Shown here piece by piece: positions 39,464 to 52,301 of a stretch of 64,000 nucleotides of DNA. Origin of the DNA: Schmidtea polychroa (taxonomy: Eukaryota); NCBI GenBank assembly GCA_044892525.1, contig CM097886.1, forward strand, positions 126,480,001 through 126,544,000. The letters run 5' to 3'. The translations under genes and the position numbers were made by a program. Position 1 is the first letter of the stretch. Each line of letters opens with the position of its first letter. The notes beneath the pieces are model-generated. The model was not told the DNA's origin. It made no database searches and was given only the letters and a program-made list of their open reading frames with translations.

Positions 39464-40435
39464 TTTTGAGGATACCTAAATAACAAATTTATAAATAAAT
39501 AAATAAAATTACTTGGGGGAAGATTGTCATGACAAACGGGATGATCTATGGAAACTCAGAAAAAAAAACGGAAGTAAAAAGAAATGATTAATGAGAAAGA
39601 GAAATGAAACAAAAGAAATTAGACAAGAAAACAAAAACCAAGGTTTGTACTAATTAATTAGTAAAAAGGAGAAAAGAAGTTTCAATTTCCAGAAAAACAA
39701 AATATGGGAAAAAGCCGTATCTTGATAGCTTGTCAAAGATAGCGGAATTGCCGAGAGAAGGCGGCTTAACAAAAAAGAAAAAAGGGAAAACATATCTCGA
39801 CATCTGTCAGAGATAAAATGAGAAAAGTCGGGAAATGCAGGAGAAAGAAAGTGGAAACATTTGATTATCTCTAGTGCCACAAATAAAACAAACTATATAA
39901 AAAGAAACTGGTGGACACAAAATTCAGACAAAAATTAGACAAAAAGTGAGACAAAATTGAGACAAAACCGAGACGACGAATTAGACAGAGTCGGACGAAA
40001 CGTTATTGGAAAACGATTTGTGAATAATAATTGTAAAGAAAATAATTGTGAAGAATAATTGTTGGAGAAGATTTGCGGAAATGAATTAGTTGAGAAATAA
40101 ATGAAAAGAAGTTATTTGAATATTTGAATAAAGATGTGAAGAAGGTCAAAGGAAACAACCAACTCAAAGTCCCAGGCGATAAACCATTCAGTAGTTAATG
40201 ATCTTTCAGTCCGGTGTTGTACACAAGTACTATTACTCATCTAGTGAGTGTTGCAATAAGAATTGTATAGTCACCGAGCGGAGTGTTGAATTGATTGTCA
40301 GTGTAAAATAAAAATTATTTGTGATAATCAATAAAGATTTCTGTTGTCAAGTGTTATTTGTCGATCGGTCAAAGACACGCTTGGAGTCAAAGAAATTTAA
40401 CTTACAAATATTATCACCAACCCAATAACCCAACA
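39464..40435 (+). mobile_element. Solo LTR (972 bp), TGTTGAGG family
   Basis: T(T)TTGAGG...CCCAACA termini; 4-bp TSD GAAG; TATATAAAAAG near 39894; homologs at 6480 and 37046. Confidence 0.88.
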
Positions 40436-42198
40436 GAAGCATATGCATTATGGGTTTGCAGTCATCAGAACAACACATCCCTTCACATGATCTCGTCTTG
40501 CTAAAAGTCATATTGTATCACATTATTGTCACTTAGGTTCCAGGATCAACATTTCAAGCATTTTTGCAGAGATACTAAATAGGATTAGCAATGACTTCTT
40601 ATAGAAGTGTTCAAGTAAANNNNNNNNNNNNNNNNNNNNNNNNNNNNNNNNNNNNNNNNNNNNNNNNNNNNNNNNNNNNNNNNNNNNNNNNNNNNNNNNN
40701 NNNNNNNNNNNNNNNNNNNNNNNNNNNNNNNNNNNNNNNNNNNNNNNNNNNNNNNNNNNNNNNNNNNNNNNNNNNNNNNNNNNNNNNNNNNNNNNNNNNN
40801 NNNNNNNNNNNNNNNNNNNNNNNNNNNNNNNNNNNNNNNNNNNNNNNNNNNNNNNNNNNNNNNNNNNNNNNNNNNNNNNTATAATAGCTAATGGAAGAGA
40901 ACTGATACATTTCTCCCAATTCTAAATATATTCTCCGTCACGCATTGAATTCTTATTCGGTGGGATCAGTTGTGACTGTGAAACGGGTAAATTATTAATC
41001 TATCAAAGTAGCACTTTTTGTTTACTCTTTCAATTTTGTTTAATAAAATAGCTCCAGTTTAAAATAATAATCAATATTTTAATATTGAAATGTCTTGAGA
41101 TGTAGGATTTTTGTGAAAAGTTGTTATTTGGATATAGCCTGTTCTTACCCCGTCCCGACTCAATCTCCCAGCATTAATATATATCTGTTATTAAGTTCAA
41201 TCAAGGCCATCCAATAAATGCATGCAAAATCTAACTGACCATGTCACATGGATAATTGCCAATGTTCTTCCACTTGTCTAGAAAGTGGAGGTATTCCAAG
41301 ATTTCCGGTTCAGGCATGTTATTATCGCATTCAAAGATGAGTGTGAATCTCGGGAAATCGCAGCGTCCGGCATGTGAATTGGTGGGAAATTGAAAGTTTC
41401 AGTTGGGGAATTTTGAAACTAATTTGCATGTTGGAAAATGATTTTCAACTGATGCCGACTGATGAAACTGAAATTTGTTAATCAACTCAAGCCGGGAAGC
41501 ATTGGTAGTCCCAGGAGAATTTTCAAGGAAATCTCATAAATTATTTGCTTATATAGCAGTCATTTCAGCAATTTGTCTATTCTTTTGGCTCCGGCAGATC
41601 CGCTGACAGCTTCAGATTTATTTATGTCCACATATTAGTAAGGTACAGATTTCCTTTTCAATTTTCCTTTGCCTTAGTTATCTATATCTCTGGCCGCATT
41701 TCCCACCATTTAGCTGTTTAGTATTAATTCTCCCAATTGTCTCTTAATCCTAATATTATATTTTTTGGACAAATTGAAGTGGTTCACTTTGGATGAGGTA
41801 TTTCGCAATCACAGCCAAATGGGCTATTTTGTGTTTACATTCTTTTTTGAGGTGCATTCACCAAAAAGCTCCCACTGACAACGTTATCCAAAATGATCTA
41901 TTATTTACAGTAAAACGAAGGATATATTCCATAAGCTGTGTAAAATGGTTGATAAAATAACTTCATAAAGCTTATTGAACAAATTATCACAATTTCTTTT
42001 GGTAGTCTTAAACAAGACATGGCAGGAAGGGTAACACTGAAGGATACGGGAGCAGGTAGTTAGGAGCTCCCTGGAGCAAGAGGATGGGGGGGTATCTCCT
42101 AACTACCTACTTACGGGTATTTCCACTCATGCCTGTTTGAATTGTTACCATCGGAATGAAGTACATCGGTGTTTCTATTACGTATCAACTATTTAGAT

Positions 42199-42300
42199 CA
42201 GCCATTCTTAAAGGGGTCCATGTGGACCCCCTGGAGGTCTATGGGACTTCATGGGGGTCTATACTCACCAAGGGGTCTATTGGGGGTCTATGGATGTCTC
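42199..42300 (+). mobile_element. hAT-like left end with GGGGTCTAT subterminal repeats
   Basis: CAGCCATTCTTAAAGGGGTCCATG; right end not identified. Confidence 0.5.
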
Positions 42301-44314
42301 TTTAGTAAAAAATAAATTTATAAATAAAAAATAAAAATAAATGAATAAATAAATAAATAAATAAAATGAACATAATAATATTATTAATAATAAATAAAAT
42401 AATATTTATAAATGAATATTAAGGTATTCGTATTGTAATAAAAATAATATAAAAAAATATATACTAGACTTGGGGAGGAAGTGAACATGAGTAATGAAAA
42501 AGTATGTTTTGATTACTTATAAAATATGTCCAATGAGTTCTAGACCCAAAACTCTAATTTGTGACTGAGGTGTGTTGGTACATAGCACGCAAATAGCAAT
42601 AAGTTTAGCTAAATATAAAAATACATCAAATAAACAATATTAATTAAGAGGAAAACAGCAAAAATATAAACACAGAAATTAAATAAAATGATACAAATGC
42701 AAGAAGTATTGCAAGAAAACTAACTCAAATATAACAAAGAAACATAAAAATTACAAAAAACAGACTCGAATAGCTTCGAAAGATAGTAAAACATTAAAAT
42801 TATAGATGAAATCCCAGAACAATTCATAAGAATGGCGACATCCATCATAAAAGCCATATAGATCAATAAAAGTTAACAAAAATAAATAAATTAGTTATAA
42901 AAATAAAAATTTGGAAAAAAAAATTAAGAAAAACACCATTAAATAAAAATTAACTTTAAATTAATATGGAATGTTCTGGATTTAGCAAAGAATAATTAGA
43001 AAATAAAAATTTAAAAATAAAAATAAAAATCAAGGCACTAAAATTGCCATTAAAATCATCAAAAATAGAAAATAGAAAATTCTAGAATAAAAAGAATTCG
43101 GGTTTGTTTTAATGCATCAATACATACACGTGCACACACAAAAATAGGTAAATATACCAACGCATTTCAGTCACAAAAACACTATGCCAAATTTCATTTT
43201 GTTGTAAAACTTATCTTAGAATTTTTGGAATAACAGTAAGCTTAATTGATTTCTATTTGTAATATGTGTTATAATCTATGCTCAACAATAATTTTTTTTT
43301 TGGTTTCCAATTGCTAATTTTCGTTGAATGTGAGAGTGGTTAGAGCGTATAGATTTATCTGCCCTTCTGATCAGTCTAACATTCAATCATGCGTTAAAAT
43401 ATTAAAACTGCAAGCACGTAAGCACGCATTATCTATATTACATCTTTCTTTTTTGTTCAGGTCCTTTGGAGGTCGCACCACTTCATGGTTCTGCCATGGA
43501 GTTGAGTCGATAAGACCCCTCGTTTGACTCTACCTATCTATTACAGGTCAGCAGTAAAAATGTTGACTTAACACAACAATAAGGCTTGTCGTAGTGGTCA
43601 CAGTGTGGCCACGAAAGCAAGCACTATTCGCGATTGCAATGCAATAACACAATCAAAATCGACATTAAAAATCACTATAATACAAATCACATTAGGACAA
43701 TAATCTGAGTAGATCTCTGACCTAACTTAACCACAGTTTTACACTCAAATTTAGGCGGTTAAATTTCCTAGAAATGAATTCTACCGACACGGCTGTCGAA
43801 ATTAGTTTTATGAATAACTTTTCTTATAATCAAGTAACCCTAAGAACTTTCGATTAATGTAATGAGCTAACATAGTCCTCATACGTATCGATGGAGCTTA
43901 CTTATCTATTGAGATTATCTAAAAATTTAAAGACTCTAAAGTGTAAATTCTTAATATTTTCATGAATAAACTAAAATCTTATTATAACTGGTATCTTAAA
44001 ATTACTCATGGAGGCATAGAGTCTATAAATTCACATTACTTACAAATTATAAATTATGAAGTCAAATTACAAACCGTATTATCTATATGTATATAAATTA
44101 TAAATTTATACTACTCAGAAATTATACATTATATTTAGCATACTCTGTAAAAATATAAATCATAAGTTCGTAAAGTATCAAATATAACTCATTCCTAAAA
44201 CATAAATGGTGAATTATAAAGTATAACGTCGATTATCAACTATACTTTCAAAAAATATAAATTACAAATTATAAAATATACCTTATTCATAAAATATAAA
44301 TGGTAACTTGTAAA

Positions 44315-44669
44315 CAATGTTCACTCTAAGCCATAAGCAGCAGTGCGCGCAAAGTCAGCTGCGCTGAGCAGCCTTTAAATACAAATGATCGTCAAAATGC
44401 TATAACGTGGTTGTAAGAGTTTTAAAACGACACTACAGAAATATACCGTTATTATGCATCTGGTTATTAGCGACTATGTTGAAAACTAAGTAGATAACCG
44501 GTCTTCGCTGCTGGTGGTCCATTTACATCGACAATTTCCGTGTGCTTTTTACTAGGAACAACTGCCATGAGACGGTTGAATTAAATATACTGCGCTGAAA
44601 ATAATTTTGCTGCGCTGGGGAGTTGGAGGTGCTGCGCGCGTGCACGCGCGCAGCTTAGAGGGAACGTTG
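44315..44669. mobile_element. hAT MITE (355 bp) within a degenerate AT-rich tandem tract
   Basis: TIRs CAATGTTCACTCTAAGC / CAACGTTCCCTCTAAGC; TSD CTTGTAAA / CTTGTTAA (7/8). Confidence 0.88.
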
Positions 44670-46139
44670 CTTGTTAAGTGTAATTTTGATTTCAAACTAT
44701 AATTTCAAATTGTAAAATATAACTTACTTATAAAATATAAATCACAAAGTATAATTTTAGTCTTCAACTATAATTTCAAAATATAAAATATAACTTATTT
44801 GAAAAATATAAATTATAAAATTCTACGAATGACCCCCCCCCTAAAATATCATACTGTCATTATCCATTACCTAAATGTAATAAATTGTCTTATTTTAATA
44901 TATATTCCACTTATATTATATTCAAAATAACTCTCACTTATATTATATTCCACTTATATTATATTAAAAATAACCCTTTCGTTAATGATTACCCGAAAGT
45001 ACTAATTTAAATTATCCTCAAATATATCCAACTTATATTACTTTTAAAAATATGGCTTATAGTTTTACCCCCCCCCCCCCCCCCCAAGACAGGTAACCAT
45101 TAATTATTACTTGGGTGTATTAAATTATATCATGTTCATATAGGGTTAAATTGTAATTCCTTTAAAAATATAATTTCATAATTTTTCATAAATGACCCCC
45201 CAAGCTGTCTATATGTGGTACTCTTNNNNNNNNNNNNNNNNNNNNNNNNNNNNNNNNNNNNNNNNNNNNNNNNNNNNNNNNNNNNNNNNNNNNNNNNNNN
45301 NNNNNNNNNNNNNNNNNNNNNNNNNNNNNNNNNNNNNNNNNNNNNNNNNNNNNNNNNNNNNNNNNNNNNNNNNNNNNNNACTATCACTACCTTATTATTA
45401 TCGATGTAGTTATTATTATTATTATTATTATTATTACTTGTTATTATTGTCATTATCATTATTATTACTACATTATTCTTATTATGACCATTATTATTCC
45501 ATTTAATGGACGATCCCTAATTTTATTGTTAATAATTATTATATACTCTTGATATGAATTTAATTTATTTATTCAAATTTTTAAACAAATTTATTTATTT
45601 GGATTCCCCAGATTACTAATATTAGAAACCTCAGCACACATTCATCCAATGATGTTGCGGTAATCTAGTAAATCTATTCTTAGTAACACCCCCCCCCCTT
45701 TAGCTATCCATATCAGTTCCACTTGATACAGTACCAACGTTGATTACTCAACGGGTATCAAGCGGTAAAACAACGTTGTATTTTGGGTTACGCTGGTAAC
45801 AGCACTGTAGAACAAATATTTGATAACCAGTAACCCACCAGTAGCTAATAATATTCACGAAGAACTACATAATGTTTTAAATCTGTGCATTAAAGCAATC
45901 AATAGTATAAGAGCAAAAGCACTGAAGTTTTGATAATTTGAGAATAATAAATAGGTTTATTATATTATTTTTTACATAATTACCTAATTCAACGGCAATC
46001 AAATCATCAGAAAATTTTACTGCATCTTTGAAAGTTGGTCTTGATAAATTTTTCCAAGTTTTCCTCTATCATTTTTTTGTTGACATGAGAATATTAACAT
46101 ATTTATCTATTCTCTACATTGTTTTTCCAAAGACTAATG

Positions 46140-46255
46140 GATGTCAAATAATTGATCCCTAACCATAGCCGGTAAAAGAGTATTTAAAGACAGATTTTTA
46201 ATTTCCAAGAAAAAGGAGTCAGTGTCCCAAGCTACAATATTTGTTTTAACATGCA
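46140..46255 (-). pseudogene. polB: Short pPolB motif-C fragment (copy 3)
   Basis: NIVAWDTDSFFLEIKNLSLNTLLPAMVRDQLFD aligns with copy 2 NIVAGDTDSFFLEVINCKLEVLLPAMIRYNLLD. Confidence 0.8.
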
Positions 46256-46501
46256 GAAATAGACGCAAAAATTATGAAATTATCGACGTTGAAGAAGAAT
46301 ATGCAGCTCATATATATTATTGAGCACACACAAACTCACACACTTAGACTTGACAACAAACTACAAATGCATGGAACATTCACAAGGATTATCAAACCTT
46401 TGGCTATTAAATCATTTCAATTAATGTGAAACCATGCACACAGATACACTTAGAGTCATTGACTTTGTTATACACCAAACACCATTGAGAACCGTTTCCT
46501 A

Positions 46502-48055
46502 TAGTGTTTCCAAATTACTCGATTTTTTGTAATACTCGGTTATTCGAGTATTACAAAAAAAATTGAGCGAGTACTCGGTTACTCGGTTATTATACTCGAA
46601 ACTAAAATTAAATAATTAAAGATTAAATAATTAAAGATAAATAATTAAAGAATTTAATTAAATTTTATTAAATATATCAAATATTTATTGTATATATAAC
46701 TTAGTATGTAACATAACCAGGTTCATTACGTTTTGAGTAAAAAGTTTCAATGACGGCTAGGTGAAAAGCGTGGTTATAGCATAATTGGCTTTCAGCTGAT
46801 ATGATTTTGCCGTATTTCACCATTACGTTTGCTCCATCGTGCGCGGAAGCAACTATGTCAGAATCAAAATCTACTCCGAATTCTTTCAATCGATTGAATA
46901 CTAGTTCTTCGGTTTTTTCAGATGTGCAGCTTTCTATAATCGGAACCAAACCAAGAACAATTTGACTCGAAATAGATTGCAGTGTGACATTAAGATATCT
47001 TCTTAAAGCGATATCAGTCCATTCATCGACCGTAATTGTAAATTTTTGTCCTGATTTAATTTTGGCTTCTAAATTATGCTTATTTTCAGCTTTTTTTTTC
47101 TTTGAAAAATCTTAGAACGTGTTTTCGAACAGTCGATACGCTGGTTGGCATTTTGTAATTACGACTGTTTACAAAGCAGCGAATTGCATCGCATTTGACA
47201 ATTGTACGAAATGGAATACCATCTTTTGTTGCGCATTTCGATATAATTTCCTCCAGTGATTCTCTTTCTCTACTGATAAATGTTAACATACCACTAACTT
47301 TAGGTATTTTGGATGTGCTTGGTCCTAGCGAATCATCAGCAGAATTTTGAACATTCCTTTTGGTTTGAGGTTTTAAACTGATATCATGTTTTTTTAAATG
47401 ATTTATCATTCCAGTTGTGGTACCACCTTTAATGGATATCTTATTCGTACATAAATTGACTTGACATTGCGCAATTTCTGATGATAATTTTTTGAAATAA
47501 TCCCAAACTTTCGATTTGTTTGTGGCCATTATGGATTAGAGAATATCTATAAATTATATTTTCGAAATTCGAACAAAATAAAAACAAACATAATTTTTAT
47601 ACACATAATTATTATTGTAATTAATAATTATACTTACGATTTGTGATCTGTGTTCTGTGATGAACGCGTAAAAGTGTAAAATATTTCACTGAATTAAATA
47701 CAATTTCTTAAACTAGAAAAAAAAATCTTACAGTTAAGAAAAATAGTATTTTTAATATTTAATGTTACTATAGCAACCAATTTAACAATGTCTGATTGTC
47801 TACTAATTGCTATTTTTTTCTTAGAAAAAGGAAAAAATTCTTATAATTTTGCTTGCTTAGTTAAGAAAAATAGAAAATATTGAATGTTACTATAGCAACC
47901 AATATCATAATTTCTGATATTTTTTGCTTGAAAAAAAAATTATATCTAAAGTAACTACTCGGTTACTCGACGAAATTACCCGGTTAACCGAATAATGGAA
48001 AATATCTGAAAATAGACGAGTACTCGGTTACTCGATTATTCGTTTGGAAACACTG
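46502..48055 (-). mobile_element. Internally deleted hAT (Ac/hobo-like) transposon, 1554 bp
   Basis: TIRs (T/C)AGTGTTTCCAAA; TACTCGGTTA subterminal repeats; perfect 8-bp TSD GTTTCCTA. Confidence 0.93.
46701..47529 (-). pseudogene. hAT transposase N-terminal half (BED finger, DEWT, DGA, CxxH), frameshifted near 47085 and truncated
   Basis: SKVWDYF..CQVNLC..TTTGMINHLKKH; TVDEWTD; HDGANVM; CYNHAFHLAV. Confidence 0.9.
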
Positions 48056-49292
48056 GTTTCCTATAATATAACAAAAAAATTAATAATCTTACATTATAGA
48101 AACATACATACTTACTTTGATTTCACGTGGATGTTCTCATTTAGAGTGCAGTCAGATACATCTTATACTATAGAAATCTGAAAAGTGGAAGAAAAATTAA
48201 AAAACTGCACACAAACACAAGACATACTAAAAAACACATACAAACTTTTGATTCATCTAAATGCACCGCTGGGAAACGTTTCTATAATTATTCTATTTTA
48301 AACAATTTTTAGATAAAAAAAAGATCACTGAAAATTTTTAAAAATATATTTTCAATGAAATTTTCAAGAGCAGATGAATTTGGTTCAATGTCTTTTCAAT
48401 CCATATTTGCTTTCCTGAAAGAAGCTCCTCATATTGAGCTCAGAAAAAAAAATCACAAAAATTATTTTATTTTTATTATTCGGGGATTTTTCCCAAAATG
48501 TTTTAGAAAAATACATATTTTTGGTAATTCATTTATTTAATTATAATTAAAAACATATCTAACTCACATTTTTTCGAAAATATTCCAAAATACTTGTCAT
48601 AAAATATCAAAAATCCCTGAAAATTATTTAAAAATAATTTATAATTATAATGTTGACTAAAAGTAAAATTTAAGAACTTGAATAATGATCTCATATCTAT
48701 ATGGATCAAAATTGAAGACTTAAAATTTACTTAAAAGTAAAATCTTGCCTGAAAGCCATTTCTAAAATGGCTAAAATAAATTTCCAAAAAACATTCATTA
48801 TTGTAAGCAATTCAGTGAATTGTTTTACACACCAACCACAACTATAGAGAATGTATCTCAGTGGTGTTTGGTGTAAACAGGTAAAAATTGAAACTAAAAT
48901 TCTCGGTAGCTACAGAAAAGACCTTTGTTAAAGGGAGGTTTTCGTTATATTGTGGGATAAATACTGTTGGGCTGAGCCGAAAGATAGCTGGGAAATCAGG
49001 TTAAACTTAACTAAAGAAAAATAAAAAAATAAAATAAATAGATCGAGGAATAAAATAGAATAGAACATAAGAAAAGTAATAATTAGAAAATAAGAATTAA
49101 AACAAAAAACATAAAAATAAGAACAATTAAATAGGACAATAGAATGACGAAAAATAACGTAAAAGGTAGTAGATAATAAGGAAATTAAGGAAAATAAATA
49201 AAAACATAATTTTAATAAAGAAAATAAGAAGAAATAACCCAAAAACAAGGAAAATAAATTAAATGAATAAAATAAGGCGGTACTCAATTCTG

Positions 49293-49325
49293 ATTGGTCC
49301 GCATAAACAAAAAATACCTATATAA
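49293..49325 (+). promoter_or_regulatory. Candidate Pol II promoter in the LTR (inverted CCAAT plus TATA)
   Basis: ATTGG at 49293, TATATAA at 49319, followed by a splice donor GTAAGA at 49375. Confidence 0.5.
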
Positions 49326-51557
49326 GTAAGCAGCAAATTCACTATAATCAATGTTAAAATCAAACCAATTATAGGTAAGAATAGTATTAACTATATGAAA
49401 TAAATGTTAAAATCAAACCAATTATAGGTACTCGACAATCAGGAAAACCAAACCATACTCAGCCAACTATTAGGGACAGTTCTATAGACTACTCATTCAT
49501 ATAACCGATTGGATCAGTTTATATTTCGGCTCAGCCTTTGGAACTACAGAATTTTTCAAATAATAAAGTAAGGATGTATTGCTATTATGAATTTGTTTTG
49601 AAGGATTTAAATATTTCTATTATATTAACCTAACTTTTGAATAAAAACTTCTCCATTCGGTTTCGATCTTTTAACGATTTTATGGTTCATAAATTAATTT
49701 ACAGGTCAATGAATTATAAATATTTATGTTATGTTTTGTCATCAAACGTATTGATTATGCTAAAATTATTTGTTTTGAGAAACGTGGAGTTGAGGAGACC
49801 CACGCCATGGTATGAGGAGCCTTCGGGAGCTCAGCCGGCGGGTGTGGATCTCTTCAATCACGCAGCTGACGTGGGCCGGAATGTGGGGGCTTCCTCACGG
49901 GTCCGTCGCTGAGGGAAATAAAATGCTGCAAGCACGAGTTTAAAGTGTAGAGGAAAATATTCCAATATTGAAAAGTAGAGCAAATCTGAATTGAAAATGA
50001 CTGAGGTGGCTACAAACTCTTCCAAGTATGAGAATCTCATTTTCTTAGGTACTATACTTTGAAATTTTCGTCTAACATTATGAATTAGGCTAGATCGACT
50101 ATTCACTTCCATGATACTCTATCATCTTGCGATAAATCCCCTTTTCGTCAAAATTCATGTCAATTTTCATCTTAACTGATAGAACCCAAGAGCTAATACA
50201 TTCACTCTGATGTTATGCAGTAGTATAGGAAGTATATATGGAAGATCACTGAACGCTTTTATTTACTAAAAAGATATTTGGAGGAGTACGTTATTGTTTT
50301 ATCAAAAGCGCCTTAACTCTTTCTGAAATCCCCAATAGCCGTAATCTGAAGTCCGTTCAGTAAAAGACCCTCTGGCCTCATAACACAGTAAACATACAAG
50401 GAGAATTTACAAAAGTATTTAATTAAAAAGATAAAATTTCGTAAAAAATTATTTATTTTCATTAACAAACTATAATTCTGAGTTACCAGTAGTAGGAGCA
50501 TAATAATCATTTCGGGAAGTTACCCTTGATAGATGTCGCCAAGATGAGGAAGGGCTTGAGCGAGTTGATAAAATCTCCACCGGACAGGATATTCTGATGT
50601 AAAGCGAGAGAGGCGGTATAATAAAAAATTTTCCAAATTTTCGTGTTTGCTGAGAACTAAACAGTAGATTCATATCGGAGCTGAATGATTAAATTCCAAA
50701 AATCGATGTAATCCAAGTTCGGCAGCATAGATAAAATATGAACATGTACAGTGAGAAGGTATAGTCTGTCTGTAAGTAGGCAGTGAATGAGATTGAGCAA
50801 TCACCTGCAGGTAGAATCACATGTACAATAGCGAACAATTGCATATGGCTTAGTCGATGTGATACTCATGCTGCCGGTACGGTAGCAGTGAATTCACAAT
50901 TTAATCATCGATAATGAGAAAGCCGAATCCCATTGCACACACATGGTGAACACCAACTTTTCTGAGAGATCTGAACACTAAACCAGTTGACGAGGAGGCA
51001 TGCAACAGATGGTTTGCATCATACGTGTCATACAACTAGAATAGAAATTAGACTAGTCTAACTTATCAGCAGTGTGATTGATCAAACAGAGCAAAGTCCA
51101 TTTGACTGTAAAGTTTTTGTAATCGCACGCATTTACAATTAACTCAAATTAGAGTAGCATAATCACGAATAAACTCAAATCTTTTAATTAATTTATTATC
51201 CCGATGTACTGCACCTGTCTGAATTGTTTTGCTGATAGTAAAGTCGAATCTGGTCACGCTCATGTATTGACAAGTTTTCTTAATCCGCAATAAAATTATC
51301 ATGTTGGGCAAAAGGGGGGGGGGAGAATTAATTTGTTAACCCGTAAACCTATAATTACTTTACGGATGTAATATCGATCAACAGGAAGTTTCGCTAACAG
51401 TCATTCCGTTTTCTTCTTGTCGGTCATTTCAACCCATGAACGTAATGTAGGGAATTTATGAGCCTTAATAAATAATTACGCTACTCTGATGGATTAGTAG
51501 AGCTAGCCAATTTTCGTCTTATCTCTATTATTCTTTCTTCATTATAGCTATCAAAAG

Positions 51558-52301
51558 ATGTTGCCAAGCACGAAATCGCCCATCAAACCCTGCTTCTCCT
51601 GCTCGGATAAAAATACCGTAATCCGAGAATTACAGGCCCAGATCGGTCGATATAAAAAGAAGATCGACGATCTGGAAGGTACATGGTTTAGCCCAGTACA
51701 AATGAAGGAAGTTCAAAAGAAATTGTACCGCAGTGAGCATTGTCGCGATGCTTTGATAAGCGAAAGTAGAGCTCAGCGTAGCCTAATCAAAGAGCAGTCC
51801 GAAGCTCTACATAAAGTTTATGTTCAAGCCGCTACAACCCGAAGGATTGTTAGTATTCCGATTAAAGAAGCGGACAATGTCTTCCCCGTTCACCATGAAC
51901 CTTCATTTAGTTCGCCACCCTTGTCGAAAAGATCTTGTCAGGAATGTGTGGAGGCCGACCTCTCCCCCAGGCCATCGGACGTACCTACTACCGGCACTGG
52001 CAAGGTATTGCATTCAGCCACGACGTCCTCGGCAATCTTGTCTGCCAACCCCTCAAAACCTAAGCGCCGCCAATTGTCCAGAGCGGAGCGTAAGAAGCGC
52101 CAACGTGAACGAGCAATTGTCAAACAACGAGAACTATCTGTCAACCACCCAAGTGCTTCGAATGATCCACCCGTAACGATCGATCTGACCGTAGGAATCC
52201 CAGGGCGAATCATATCTGCCGCTGGTGTGGCTTGGGAGGAGAATGCCTCCGAGTTTTTTGATCTAGATGAGCTATTGGCGGATGCGGGGTGGGAGAAGTG
52301 A
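51558..52301 (+). CDS. LTR-encoded 247-aa protein: CxxC, coiled coil, CxxC, basic NLS-like stretch, acidic aromatic C-terminus
   Basis: Intact ORF; acceptor TTCATTATAG at 51547; AATAAA at 52432 and 52437; conserved with many synonymous changes in 4356-5092. Function unknown. Confidence 0.85.
   Translation: MLPSTKSPIKPCFSCSDKNTVIRELQAQIGRYKKKIDDLEGTWFSPVQMKEVQKKLYRSEHCRDALISESRAQRSLIKEQSEALHKVYVQAATTRRIVSIPIKEADNVFPVHHEPSFSSPPLSKRSCQECVEADLSPRPSDVPTTGTGKVLHSATTSSAILSANPSKPKRRQLSRAERKKRQRERAIVKQRELSVNHPSASNDPPVTIDLTVGIPGRIISAAGVAWEENASEFFDLDELLADAGWEK

Noticed and set aside
499-45506. ORF-track entries containing long X runs (e.g. 499-708, 7106-7427, 23625-23900, 38930-39148, 40591-40919, 45136-45506)
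   Set aside because: Artefacts of translating through N-gaps; only the real sequence at 12082-12393 is recognisable (PLE).
48965-49536. A 570-bp MITE defined by the GGCTGAGCCGAAA / TTTCGGCTCAGCC inverted repeat
   Set aside because: The right end lacks the terminal CAACA, there is no TSD, and the segment holds the CCAAT/TATA expected of U3.
50718-50758. Resemblance to the U6 snRNA 5' half (TTCGGCAGCA...AAAAT..GAAC..TACAG..AGAAG)
   Set aside because: Needs several indels, the ACAGAGA box is broken, and there is no 5' stem partner, 3' half or oligo-T end. An Infernal/Rfam search would settle it.
51302-51330. Alternative LTR start TGTTGGGC followed by a G-run
   Set aside because: Matches only 8 nt of the solo-LTR start versus 11 nt at 48965 and lacks the A-rich U3-like tract. 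Cannot be excluded without the 3' LTR.
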